From positions 410,440,001-410,504,000 of the forward strand of contig OZ024741.1 in assembly GCA_964016885.1 (NCBI GenBank): a stretch of DNA of 64,000 nucleotides, in the 5' to 3' direction. Position numbers and translations under genes: made by a program. Shown in pieces: positions 30,101-43,386 of the stretch. Positions within the stretch are counted from its first letter, which is position 1; every line of letters starts with the position of its first letter. Source of the DNA: Eledone cirrhosa (lineage: Eukaryota). The notes below the pieces were generated by a model, which did no database searches, was not told where the DNA came from, and saw only the letters and a list, made by a program, of their open reading frames with translations.

Positions 30101-33100
30101 ACCCTCAACTACTGTCTTTGACCAAACTCCACTTCTGTAAATTAAATCACCAGCAACTACTGTCTTTGACCAAACTCTACTTCTGTAAATTAAATCACCA
30201 GCAACTACTGTCTTTGACCAAACTCCACTTCTGTAAATTAAATCACCATCAACTACTGTCTTTGACCAAACTCCACTTCTGTAAATTAAATCACCCTCAA
30301 CTACTGTCTTTGACCAAACTCCACTTCTGTAAATTAAATCACCAGCAACTACTGTCTTTGACCAAACTCTACTTCTGTAAATTAAATCACCATCAACTAC
30401 TGTCTTTGACCAAACTCTACTTCTGTAAATTAAATCACCATCAACTACTGTCTTTGACCAAACTCCACTTCTGTAAATTAAATCACCATCAACTACTGTC
30501 TTTGACCAAACTCCACTTCTGTAAATTAAATCACCATCAACTACTGTCTTTGACAAAACTCTACTTCTGTAAATTAAATCACCAACAACTACTGTCTCTA
30601 AGCAACCTATACTTCTGTAAATTAAATCACCAGCAACTACTGTCTCTGAGGAGCCTCTATTTCTGTAAATTAAATCTCCAACAACTACTGTCTCTGAGCA
30701 ACCTCCACTTCTACTAATTAAATCACCAGCAACTACTGTCTCTGAGCAACCTATACTTCTGTAAATTATATCACCATCAACTACCGTCTTCGACCAAACT
30801 CTACTTCTGTAAATTAAATCACCATGAACTACTGTCTTCGACCAAACTCTAATTCTGTAAATTAAATCACCAGCAACTACTGTCTCTAAGCAACCTATAC
30901 TTCTGCAAATTAAATCACCAGTAACTACTGTCTCTGAGGAGCCTCTATTTCTGTAAATTAAATCACCAACAACTACTGTCTCTGAGCAACCTCCACTTCT
31001 ACTAATTAAATCACCAGCAAATACTGTCTATGAGGAGCCTTTATTTCTGGAAATTAAATCACCAGCAACTACTGTCTCTAAGCAACCTCCACCTCTACTA
31101 ATTAAATCACCAGCAACTACTGTCTCTAAGCAACCTCCACCTCTACTAATTAAAATCACCAGCAACTACTGTCTCTGAATATCCTCCACCTCTTCTAATT
31201 AAATCACCAGCAACTACTGTCTCTAAGCAACCTATACTTCTGTAAATTAAATCACCAGCAACTACTGTCTCTGAGGAGGCTCTATTTCTGTAAATTAAAT
31301 CACCAACAACTACTGTCTCTGAGCAACCTCCACTCCTACTAATTAAATCACCAGCAACTACTGTCTCTGAGCAACCTCTACTTCTGTAAATTAAATCACC
31401 ATCAACTACTGTCTTTGATCAAACTCTACTTCTTTAAATTAAATCACCATCAACTACTGTCTTTGACCAAACTCTACTTCTGTAAATTAAATCACCAGCA
31501 ACTACTGTCTTTGACCAAACTCTACTTCTGTAAATTAAATCACCAACAACTACTGTCTCTGAGCAACCTCCACTTCTACTAATTAAATCACCAGCAACTA
31601 CTGTCTCTGAGCAACCTCTACTTCTGTAAATTAAATCACCATCAACTACCGTCTTTGACCAAACTCTACTTCTGTAAATTAAATCACCATGAACTACTGT
31701 CTTTGACCAAACTCTACTTCTGTAAATTAAATCACCAACAACTACTGTCTCTAAGCAACCTATACTTCTGTAAATTAAATCACCAGCAACTACTGTCTCT
31801 GAGCAACCTCCACTTCTACTAATTAAATCACCAGCAACTACTGACTCTGAGCAACCTCTACTTCGGTAAATTAAATCACCAGCAACTACTGTCTATGAGG
31901 AGCCTTTATTTCTGGAAATTAAATCACCAGCAACTACTGTCTCTAAGCAACCTCCACCTCTACTAATTAAATCACCAGCAACTACTGTCTCTAAGCAACC
32001 TCCACCTCTACTAATTAAAATCACCAGCAACAACTGTCTCTGAATATCCTCCACATCTTCTAATTAAAACACCAGCAACTACTGTCTAGGAGGAGCCTCT
32101 ATTTGTGTAAATTAAATCACCAGCAAATACTGTCTCTAAGCAACCTACACCTTTTCTAACGAAATCACCAGCAACTACTGTCTAGGAGGAGCCTCTATTT
32201 GTGTAAATTAAATCACCAGCAACTACTGTCTCTAAGCAACCTCCACCTCTACTAATTAAATCACCAGCAACTACTGTCTCTGAGGTGCCTCTATTTCTGT
32301 AAATTAAATCACCAGCAACTACTGTCTCTAAGCAACCTCCACATTTACTAATTAAATCACCAGCAACCACTGTCTCTAAGCAACCCCCACCTTTACTAAT
32401 TAAATCACCAGCAACTACTGTCTCTAAGCAACCTCCACATTTACTAATTAAATCACCAGCAACTACTGTCTCTGAGCAATCTCACCTCTTCTACGTAAAT
32501 CACCAGCAACAACCGGCTCTGAGCAACCACTACTTCTGTAAATTAAATCACCAGAAACTACTGTCTCTTAGCAACCTACACCTCTTCTAACGAAATCGCC
32601 AGAAACTACTGTCTGGGATGAGCCTCTCTTTGCGTAAATTAAATCACCAGCAACTACTGTATCTAAGCAACCTACACCTCTACTAATTAAAATCACCAGC
32701 AACTACTGTCTCTGAGCACCCTCCACCTCTACTAATTAAATCACCAGCAACTACTGTCTCTGAGGAGCCTCTACTTCTGTTAATTAAATCACCAGCAACT
32801 ACTGTCTCTAAACAACCTATCCTTCTGTAAATTAAATCACCAGCGACGACTGTCTCTGAGCAACCTCTACTTCTGTAAATTAAATCACCAGCAACTACTG
32901 TCTCTGAGCAACCTCTACTTCTGTAAATTAAATCACCAGCAACTACTGTCTCTGATCAACCTCCACCTCTACTAATTAAATCACCAGCAACTACTGTCTC
33001 TGAGCAACCTCTACTTCTGTAAATTAAATCACCAGCAACTACTGTCTCTAAGCAAATTATTCTTCTGTAAATTAAATCACCAGCAACTACTGTCTCTGAG

Positions 33101-36100
33101 GAGCCTCTATTTCTGTAAATTAAATCACCACCAACTACTGTCTCTGAGCAATCTCCACTTCTACTAATTAAATCACCAGCAACTACTGTCTCTGAGCAAC
33201 CTCTACTTCTGTAAATTAAATCACCATCAACTACTGTCTTTGACCAAACTCCACTTCTGTAAATTAAATCACCACCAACTACTGTCTCTGAGCAACCTCC
33301 ACTTCTACTAATTAAATCACCAGCAACTACTGTCTCTGAGCAACCTCTACTTCTGTAAATGAAATCACCAGCAACTACTGTCTTTGACCAAACTCCACTT
33401 CTGTAAATTAAATCACCATCAACTACTGTCTTTGACCAAACTCCACTTCTGTAAATTAAATCACCCTCAACTACTGTCTTTGACCAAACTCCACTTCTGT
33501 AAATTAAATCACCAGCAACTACTGTCTTTGACCAAACTCTACTTCTGTAAATTAAATCACCAGCAACTACTGTCTTTGACCAAACTCCACTTCTGTAAAT
33601 TAAATCACCATCAACTACTGTCTTTGACCAAACTCCACTTCTGTAAATTAAATCACCCTCAACTACTGTCTTTGACCAAACTCCACTTCTGTAAATTAAA
33701 TCACCAGCAACTACTGTCTTTGACCAAACTCTACTTCTGTAAATTAAATCACCAACAACTACTGTCTCTAAGCAACCTATACTTCTGTAAATTAAATCAC
33801 CAGCAACTACTGTCTCTGAGGAGCCTCTATTTCTGTAAATTAAATCTCCAACAACTACTGTCTCTGAGCAACCTCCACTTCTACTAATTAAATCACCAGC
33901 AACTACTGTCTCTGAGCAACCTATACTTCTGTAAATTATATCACCATCAACTACCGTCTTCGACCAAACTCTACTTCTGTAAATTAAATCACCATGAACT
34001 ACTGTCTTCGACCAAACTCTAATTCTGTAAATTAAATCACCAGCAACTACTGTCTCTAAGCAACCTATACTTCTGCAAATTAAATCACCAGTAACTACTG
34101 TCTCTGAGGAGCCTCTATTTCTGTAAATTAAATCACCAACAACTACTGTCTCTGAGCAACCTCCACTTCTACTAATTAAATCACCAGCAAATACTGTCTA
34201 TGAGGAGCCTTTATTTCTGGAAATTAAATCACCAGCAACTACTGTCTCTAAGCAACCTCCACCTCTACTAATTAAATCACCAGCAACTACTGTCTCTAAG
34301 CAACCTCCACCTCTACTAATTAAAATCACCAGCAACTACTGTCTCTGAATATCCTCCACCTCTTCTAATTAAATCACCAGCAACTACTGTCTCTGAGTAA
34401 CCACTACTTCTGTAAATTAAATCACCAGCAACTACTGTCTCTGAGGAGCCTCTATTTCTGTAAATTAAATCACCAGAAACTACTGTCTCTAAGCAACCTA
34501 CACCTTTTCTAACGAAATCACCAGCAACTACTGTCTAGGAGGAGCCTCTATTTGTGTAAATTAAATCACCAGCAACTACTGTCTCTAAGCAACCTATACT
34601 TCTGTAAATTAAATCACCAACAACTACTGTCTCTGAGCAACCTCCACTCCTACTAATTAAATCACCAGCAACTACTGTCTCTGAGCAACCTCTACTTCTG
34701 TAAATTAAATCACCATCAACTACTGTCTTTGACCAAACTCTACTTCTTTAAATTAAATCACCATCAACTACTGTCTTTGACCAAACTCTACTTCTGTAAA
34801 TTAAATCACCAGCAACTACTGTCTTTGACCAAACTCTACTTCTGTAAATTAAATCACCAACAACTACTGTCTCTGAGCAACCTCCACTTCTACTAATTAA
34901 ATCACCAGCAACTACTGTCTCTGAGCAACCTCTACTTCTGTAAATTAAATCACCATCAACTACCGTCTTTGACCAAACTCTACTTCTGTAAATTAAATCA
35001 CCATGAACTACTGTCTTTGACCAAACTCTACTTCTGTAAATTAAATCACCAACAACTACTGTCTCTAAGCAACCTATACTTCTGTAAATTAAATCACCAG
35101 CAACTACTGTCTCTGAGCAACCTCCACTTCTACTAATTAAATCACCAGCAACTACTGACTCTGAGCAACCTCTACTTCGGTAAATTAAATCACCAGCAAC
35201 TACTGTCTATGAGGAGCCTTTATTTCTGGAAATTAAATCACCAGCAACTACTGTCTCTAAGCAACCTCCACCTCTACTAATTAAATCACCAGCAACTACT
35301 GTCTCTAAGCAACCTCCACCTCTACTAATTAAAATCACCAGCAACAACTTTCTCTGAATATCCTCCACATCTTCTAATTAAAACACCAGCAACTACTGTC
35401 TAGGAGGAGCCTCTATTTGTGTAAATTAAATCACCAGCAAATACTGTCTCTAAGCAACCTACACCTTTTCTAACGAAATCACCAGCAACTACTGTCTAGG
35501 AGGAGCCTCTATTTGTGTAAATTAAATCACCAGCAACTACTGTCTCTAAGCAACCTCCACCTCTACTAATTAAATCACCAGCAACTACTGTCTCTGAGGA
35601 GCCTCTATTTCTGTAAATTAAATCACCAGCAACTACTGTCTCTAAGCAACCTCCACATTTACTAATTAAATCACCAGCAACCACTGTCTCTAAGCAACCC
35701 CCACCTTTACTAATTAAATCACCAGCAACTACTGTCTCTAAGCAACCTCCACATTTACTAATTAAATCACCAGCAACTACTGTCTCTGAGCAATCTCACC
35801 TCTTCTACGTAAATCACCAGCAACAACCGGCTCTGAGCAACCACTACTTCTGTAAATTAAATCACCAGAAACTACTGTCTCTTAGCAACCTACACCTCTT
35901 CTAACGAAATCGCCAGAAACTACTGTCTGGGATGAGCCTCTCTTTGCGTAAATTAAATCACCAGCAACTACTGTATCTAAGCAACCTACACCTCTACTAA
36001 TTAAAATCACCAGCAACTACTGTCTCTGAGCACCCTCCACCTCTACTAATTAAATCACCAGCAACTACTGTCTCTGAGGAGCCTCTACTTCTGTTAATTA

Positions 36101-37400
36101 AATCACCAGCAACTACTGTCTCTAAACAACCTATCCTTCTGTAAATTAAATCACCAGCGACGACTGTCTCTGAGCAACCTCTACTTCTGTAAATTAAATC
36201 ACCAGCAACTACTGTCTCTGAGCAACCTCTACTTCTGTAAATTAAATCACCAGCAACTACTGTCTCTGATCAACCTCCACCTCTACTAATTAAATCACCA
36301 GCAACTACTGTCTCTGAGCAACCTCTACTTCTGTAAATTAAATCACCAGCAACAACTGTCTCTAAGCAAATTATTCTTCTGTAAATTAAATCACCAGCAA
36401 CTACTGTCTCTGAGGAGCCTCTATTTCTGTAAATTAAATCACCACCAACTACTGTCTCTGAGCAATCTCCACTTCTACTAATTAAATCACCAGCAACTAC
36501 TGTCTCTGAGCAACCTCTACTTCTGTAAATTAAATCACCATCAACTACTGTCTTTGACCAAACTCCACTTCTGTAAATTAAATCACCACCAACTACTGTC
36601 TCTGAGCAACCTCCACTTCTACTAATTAAATCACCAGCAACTACTGTCTCTGAGCAACCTCTACTTCTGTAAATGAAATCACCAGCAACTACTGTCTTTG
36701 ACCAAACTCCACTTCTGTAAATTAAATCACCATCAACTACTGTCTTTGACCAAACTCCACTTCTGTAAATTAAATCACCCTCAACTACTGTCTTTGACCA
36801 AACTCCACTTCTGTAAATTAAATCACCAGCAACTACTGTCTTTGACCAAACTCTACTTCTGTAAATTAAATCACCAGCAACTACTGTCTTTGACCAAACT
36901 CCACTTCTGTAAATTAAATCACCATCAACTACTGTCTTTGACCAAACTCCACTTCTGTAAATTAAATCACCCTCAACTACTGTCTTTGACCAAACTCCAC
37001 TTCTGTAAATTAAATCACCAGCAACTACTGTCTTTGACCAAACTCTACTTCTGTAAATTAAATCACCATCAACTACTGTCTTTGACAAAACTCTACTTCT
37101 GTAAATTAAATCACCAACAACTACTGTCTCTAAGCAACCTATACTTCTGTAAATTAAATCACCAGCAACTACTGTCTCTGAGGAGCCTCTATTTCTGTAA
37201 ATTAAATCTCCAACAACTACTGTCTCTGAGCAACCTCCACTTCTACTAATTAAATCACCAGCAACTACTGTCTCTGAGCAACCTATACTTCTGTAAATTA
37301 TATCACCATCAACTACCGTCTTCGACCAAACTCTACTTCTGTAAATTAAATCACCATGAACTACTGTCTTCGACCAAACTCTAATTCTGTAAATTAAATC
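11780..37400. repeat. Domain enriched in the TTGACCAAACTC(T/C)ACTTCTGTA monomer subfamily
   Basis: Runs of this variant (reading W-S-K-T on -, T-K-L on +) are frequent here, seen only around 5257-5310 upstream, and not seen after about 37.4 kb, where only TTGACCAACC forms occur. Confidence 0.85.
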
Positions 37401-37950
37401 ACCAGCAACTACTGTCTCTAAGCAACCTATACTTCTGCAAATTAAATCACCAGTAACTACTGTCTCTGAGGAGCCTCTATTTCTGTAAATTAAATCACCA
37501 ACAACTACTGTCTCTGAGCAACCTCCACTTCTACTAATTAAATCACCAGCAAATACTGTCTATGAGGAGCCTTTATTTCTGGAAATTAAATCACCAGCAA
37601 CTACTGTCTCTAAGCAACCTCCACCTCTACTAATTAAATCACCAGCAACTACTGTCTCTAAGCAACCTCCACCTCTACTAATTAAAATCACCAGCAACTA
37701 CTGTCTCTGAATATCCTCCACCTCTTCTAATTAAATCACCAGCAACTACTGTCTCTGAGTAACCACTACTTCTGTAAATTAAATCACCAGCAACTACTGT
37801 CTCTGAGGAGCCTCTATTTCTGTAAATTAAATCACCAGAAACTACTGTCTCTAAGCAACCTACACCTTTTCTAACGAAATCACCAGCAAATACTGTCTAG
37901 GAGGAGCCTCTATTTGTGTAAATTAAATCACCAGCAACTACTGTCTCTAA
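22120..37950. repeat. Higher-order repeat of about 3.3 kb (69-70 monomers), 5 copies, first interval shortened to 2401 bp
   Basis: Rare marker CTGGGATGAGCCTCTCTTTGCGTA at about 23537, 25938, 29251, 32613 and 35927; 62-aa ORFs at 23106, 25507, 28820, 32182 and 35496 (spacings 2401, 3313, 3362, 3314). Confidence 0.94.
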
Positions 37951-40900
37951 GCAACCTCCACCTCTACTAATTAAATCACCAGCAACTACTGCCTCTAAGC
38001 AACCTCCACATTTACTAATTAAATCACCAGCAACCACTGTCTCTAAGCAACCCCCACCTTTACTAATTAAATCACCAGCAACTACTGTCTCTAAGCAACC
38101 TCCACATTTACTAATTAAATCACCAGCAACTACTGTCTCTGAGAAATCTCCACCTCTTCTAATTAAATCAGCAGCAACTACTGTCCCTGAGGAGCCTAAA
38201 CTTCTGTAATTTAAATCACCAGCAATTACTGTCTCTGAGCAACCTCTACTTCTGTAAATTAAATCACCAGCAACTACTGTCTCTGAGGAGCCTAATCTTC
38301 TGTAAATTAAATCACCGGCAACTACTGTCTCTAAGCAACCTCCACCTCTACTAATTAAAATCACCAGCAACTACTGTCTCCGAGCAACCTCCACATCTAC
38401 TAATTAAATCACCAGCAACTACTGTCTCTGAGCAACCTCTACTTCTGTAAATTAAATCACCAGCAACTACTGTCTTTGACCAACCTCTACTTCTCTAAAT
38501 TAAATCACCAGCAACTACTATCTTTGACCAACCTCTACTTCTGTAAATTAAATCACCAGCAACTACTGTCTCTGAGCAACCTCTACTTTTGTAAATTAAA
38601 TCACCAGCAACTACTGTCTCTGAGGAGCCACTATTTCTGTAAATTAAATCACCAGCAACTACTGTCTCTGAGGAGCCTTTATTTCTGTAAATTAAATCAC
38701 CAGCAACTACTGTCTCTAAGCAACCTCCACCTCTACTAATTAAATCACCAGCAACTACTGTCTCTGAGGAGCCTCTACTTCTGTAAATTAAATCACCAAC
38801 AACTACTGTCTCTGAGCAACCTCCACCTCTACTAATTAAATCACCAGCAACTACTGTCTCTGTGGAGACCCTACTTCTCTAAATTAAATCACCAGCAACT
38901 ACTGTCTCTAAGCAACCTATCCTTCTGTAAATTAAATCACCAGCAACTACTGTCTCAGAGCAACCTCTACTTCTGTAAATTAAATCACCAGCAAATACTG
39001 TCTCTGAGCAACCTGTACTTCTGTAAATTAAATCACCAGCAACTACTGTCTCTGAGGAGCCTCTACTTCTGTAAATTAAATGACCATCAACTACTGTCTC
39101 TAAGCAACCTCCACCTCTACTAATTAAATCACCAGCAACTACTGTCTCTGAGGAGCCTCTATTTCTGTAAATTAAATCACCAGCAACTACTGTCTCTAAG
39201 CAACCTCCACCTCTACTAATTAAATCACCAGCAACTACTGTCTCTAAGTCACCTCCAACTTTACTAAATAAATCACCAGCAACTACTGTCTCTGAGCAAT
39301 CTCCACCTCTTCTAAGTAAATCACCAGTAACTACTGTCTCTGAGCAACCTCCATATCTATTAATTAAATCACCAGCAACTACTGTCTCTGAGGTGCCACT
39401 ACTTCTGTACATTAAATCACCAGCAACTACCGTCTCTGAACAACCTCTACTTCCCTAAATTAAATCACCAGCAACTACTGTCTCTAAGCAAACTACACCT
39501 CTTCTAACGAATTCACCAGCAAGTACTGTCTTTGAGCAACATCTACTTCTATAAATTAAATCACCACCATCTACTGTCTCTGAGCAGCCTCTACTTCTGT
39601 AAATTAAATCACCAGCAACTACTGCCTTTGAGCATACTCTACTTCTGTAAATTAAATCACCAGCAACTACTGTCTCTGAGGAGCCTCTATTTCTGTAAAT
39701 TAAATCACCATCAACTACTGTCTCTAAGCAACCTCCACCTCTACTAATTAAATCACCAGCAACTACTGTCTCTGAGGAGCCTCTATTTCTGTAAATTAAA
39801 TCATCAGCAACTACTGTCTCTAAGCAACCTCCACCTCTACCAATTAAATCCCCAGCAACTACTGTCTCTAAGCACCCTCCACCTTTACTAATTAAATCAC
39901 CAGCAACTACTGTCTCTAAGCAACCTCCAACTTTACTAATTGATTCACCAGCAGTACTGTCTCTAAGCAACCTCCACCTCTACTAATTAAAATCACCAGC
40001 AACTACTGTCTCCGAGCAACCTCCACATGTACTAATTAAATCACCAGCAACTACTGTCTCTGAGCAACCTCTACGTCTGTAAATTAAATCACCAGCAACT
40101 ACTGTCTTTGACCAACCTCCACTTCTGTAAATTAAATCACTAGCAAATACTATCTTTGACCAACCTCTACTTCTGTAAATTAAATCACCAACAACTACTG
40201 TCTCTGAGCAACCTCTACTTCTGTAAATTAAATCACCAGCAACTACTGTCTCTGGGGAGCCACTATTTCTGTGAATTAAATCACCAGCAACTACTGTCTC
40301 TGAGGTGCCTTTATTTCTGTAAATTAAATCACCAGCAACTACTGTCTCTAAGCAACCTCCACCTCTACTAATTAAATCACCAGTAACTACTGTCTCTGCG
40401 CAACCTCCACCTTTTCTAATTAAATCACCAACAGCCACTGTCTCTAATAAACCCCCACCTCTACTAATTAAATCACCAGCAACTACTGTCTCTAAGCAAC
40501 CTCCACCTCTACTAATTAAATCACAAGCAACTACTGTCTCTGAGGAACCTCTACTTCTGTAAATTAAATCACCAGCAACAACTGGATCTGAGGAGCCTCT
40601 ATTTCTGTAAATTAAATCACCAGAAACTACTGTCTCTAAGCAACCTACACCTTTTCTAACGAAATCACCAGCAAATACTGTCTAGGAGGAGCCTCTATTT
40701 GTGTAAATTAAATCACCAGCAACTACTGTCTCTAAGCAACCTCCACCTCTACTAATTAAATCACCAGCAACTACTGCCTCTAAGCAACCTCCACATTTAC
40801 TAATTAAATCACCAGCAACCACTGTCTCTAAGCAACCCCCACCTTTACTAATTAAATCACCAGCAACTACTGTCTCTAAGCAACCTCCACATTTACTAAT

Positions 40901-43386
40901 TAAATCACCAGCAACTACTGTCTCTGAGAAATCTCCACCTCTTCTAATTAAATCAGCAGCAACTACTGTCCCTGAGGAGCCTAAACTTCTGTAATTTAAA
41001 TCACCAGCAATTACTGTCTCTGAGCAACCTCTACTTCTGTAAATTAAATCACCAGCAACTACTGTCTCTGAGGAGCCTAATCTTCTGTAAATTAAATCAC
41101 CGGCAACTACTGTCTCTAAGCAACCTCCACCTCTACTAATTAAAATCACCAGCAACTACTGTCTCCGAGCAACCTCCACATCTACTAATTAAATCACCAG
41201 CAACTACTGTCTCTGAGCAACCTCTACTTCTGTAAATTAAATCACCAGCAACTACTGTCTTTGACCAACCTCTACTTCTCTAAATTAAATCACCAGCAAC
41301 TACTATCTTTGACCAACCTCTACTTCTGTAAATTAAATCACCAGCAACTACTGTCTCTGAGCAACCTCTACTTTTGTAAATTAAATCACCAGCAACTACT
41401 GTCTCTGAGGAGCCACTATTTCTGTAAATTAAATCACCAGCAACTACTGTCTCTGAGGAGCCTTTATTTCTGTAAATTAAATCACCAGCAACTACTGTCT
41501 CTAAGCAACCTCCACCTCTACTAATTAAATCACCAGCAACTACTGTCTCTGAGGAGCCTCTACTTCTGTAAATTAAATCACCAACAACTACTGTCTCTGA
41601 GCAACCTCCACCTCTACTAATTAAATCACCAGCAACTACTGTCTCTGTGGAGACCCTACTTCTCTAAATTAAATCACCAGCAACTACTGTCTCTAAGCAA
41701 CCTATCCTTCTGTAAATTAAATCACCAGCAACTACTGTCTCAGAGCAACCTCTACTTCTGTAAATTAAATCACCAGCAAATACTGTCTCTGAGCAACCTG
41801 TACTTCTGTAAATTAAATCACCAGCAACTACTGTCTCTGAGGAGCCTCTACTTCTGTAAATTAAATGACCATCAACTACTGTCTCTAAGCAACCTCCACC
41901 TCTACTAATTAAATCACCAGCAACTACTGTCTCTGAGGAGCCTCTATTTCTGTAAATTAAATCACCAGCAACTACTGTCTCTAAGCAACCTCCACCTCTA
42001 CTAATTAAATCACCAGCAACTACTGTCTCTAAGTCACCTCCAACTTTACTAAATAAATCACCAGCAACTACTGTCTCTGAGCAATCTCCACCTCTTCTAA
42101 GTAAATCACCAGTAACTACTGTCTCTGAGCAACCTCCATATCTATTAATTAAATCACCAGCAACTACTGTCTCTGAGGTGCCACTACTTCTGTACATTAA
42201 ATCACCAGCAACTACCGTCTCTGAACAACCTCTACTTCCCTAAATTAAATCACCAGCAACTACTGTCTCTAAGCAAACTACACCTCTTCTAACGAATTCA
42301 CCAGCAAGTACTGTCTTTGAGCAACATCTACTTCTATAAATTAAATCACCACCATCTACTGTCTCTGAGCAGCCTCTACTTCTGTAAATTAAATCACCAG
42401 CAACTACTGCCTTTGAGCATACTCTACTTCTGTAAATTAAATCACCAGCAACTACTGTCTCTGAGGAGCCTCTATTTCTGTAAATTAAATCACCATCAAC
42501 TACTGTCTCTAAGCAACCTCCACCTCTACTAATTAAATCACCAGCAACTACTGTCTCTGAGGAGCCTCTATTTCTGTAAATTAAATCATCAGCAACTACT
42601 GTCTCTAAGCAACCTCCACCTCTACCAATTAAATCCCCAGCAACTACTGTCTCTAAGCACCCTCCACCTTTACTAATTAAATCACCAGCAACTACTGTCT
42701 CTAAGCAACCTCCAACTTTACTAATTGATTCACCAGCAGTACTGTCTCTAAGCAACCTCCACCTCTACTAATTAAAATCACCAGCAACTACTGTCTCCGA
42801 GCAACCTCCACATGTACTAATTAAATCACCAGCAACTACTGTCTCTGAGCAACCTCTACGTCTGTAAATTAAATCACCAGCAACTACTGTCTTTGACCAA
42901 CCTCCACTTCTGTAAATTAAATCACTAGCAAATACTATCTTTGACCAACCTCTACTTCTGTAAATTAAATCACCAACAACTACTGTCTCTGAGCAACCTC
43001 TACTTCTGTAAATTAAATCACCAGCAACTACTGTCTCTGGGGAGCCACTATTTCTGTGAATTAAATCACCAGCAACTACTGTCTCTGAGGTGCCTTTATT
43101 TCTGTAAATTAAATCACCAGCAACTACTGTCTCTAAGCAACCTCCACCTCTACTAATTAAATCACCAGTAACTACTGTCTCTGCGCAACCTCCACCTTTT
43201 CTAATTAAATCACCAACAGCCACTGTCTCTAATAAACCCCCACCTCTACTAATTAAATCACCAGCAACTACTGTCTCTAAGCAACCTCCACCTCTACTAA
43301 TTAAATCACAAGCAACTACTGTCTCTGAGGAACCTCTACTTCTGTAAATTAAATCACCAGCAACAACTGGATCTGAGGAGCCTCTA
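37802..43386. repeat. Higher-order tandem duplication, period 2785 bp (58 monomers), 2 copies
   Basis: ORF pairs 37897/40682, 38476/41261, 38879/41664, 39455/42240, 39532/42317 and 40156/42941 are all offset 2785 with identical translations; marker ACTGGATCTGAGG at about 40581 and 43366. Confidence 0.95.
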
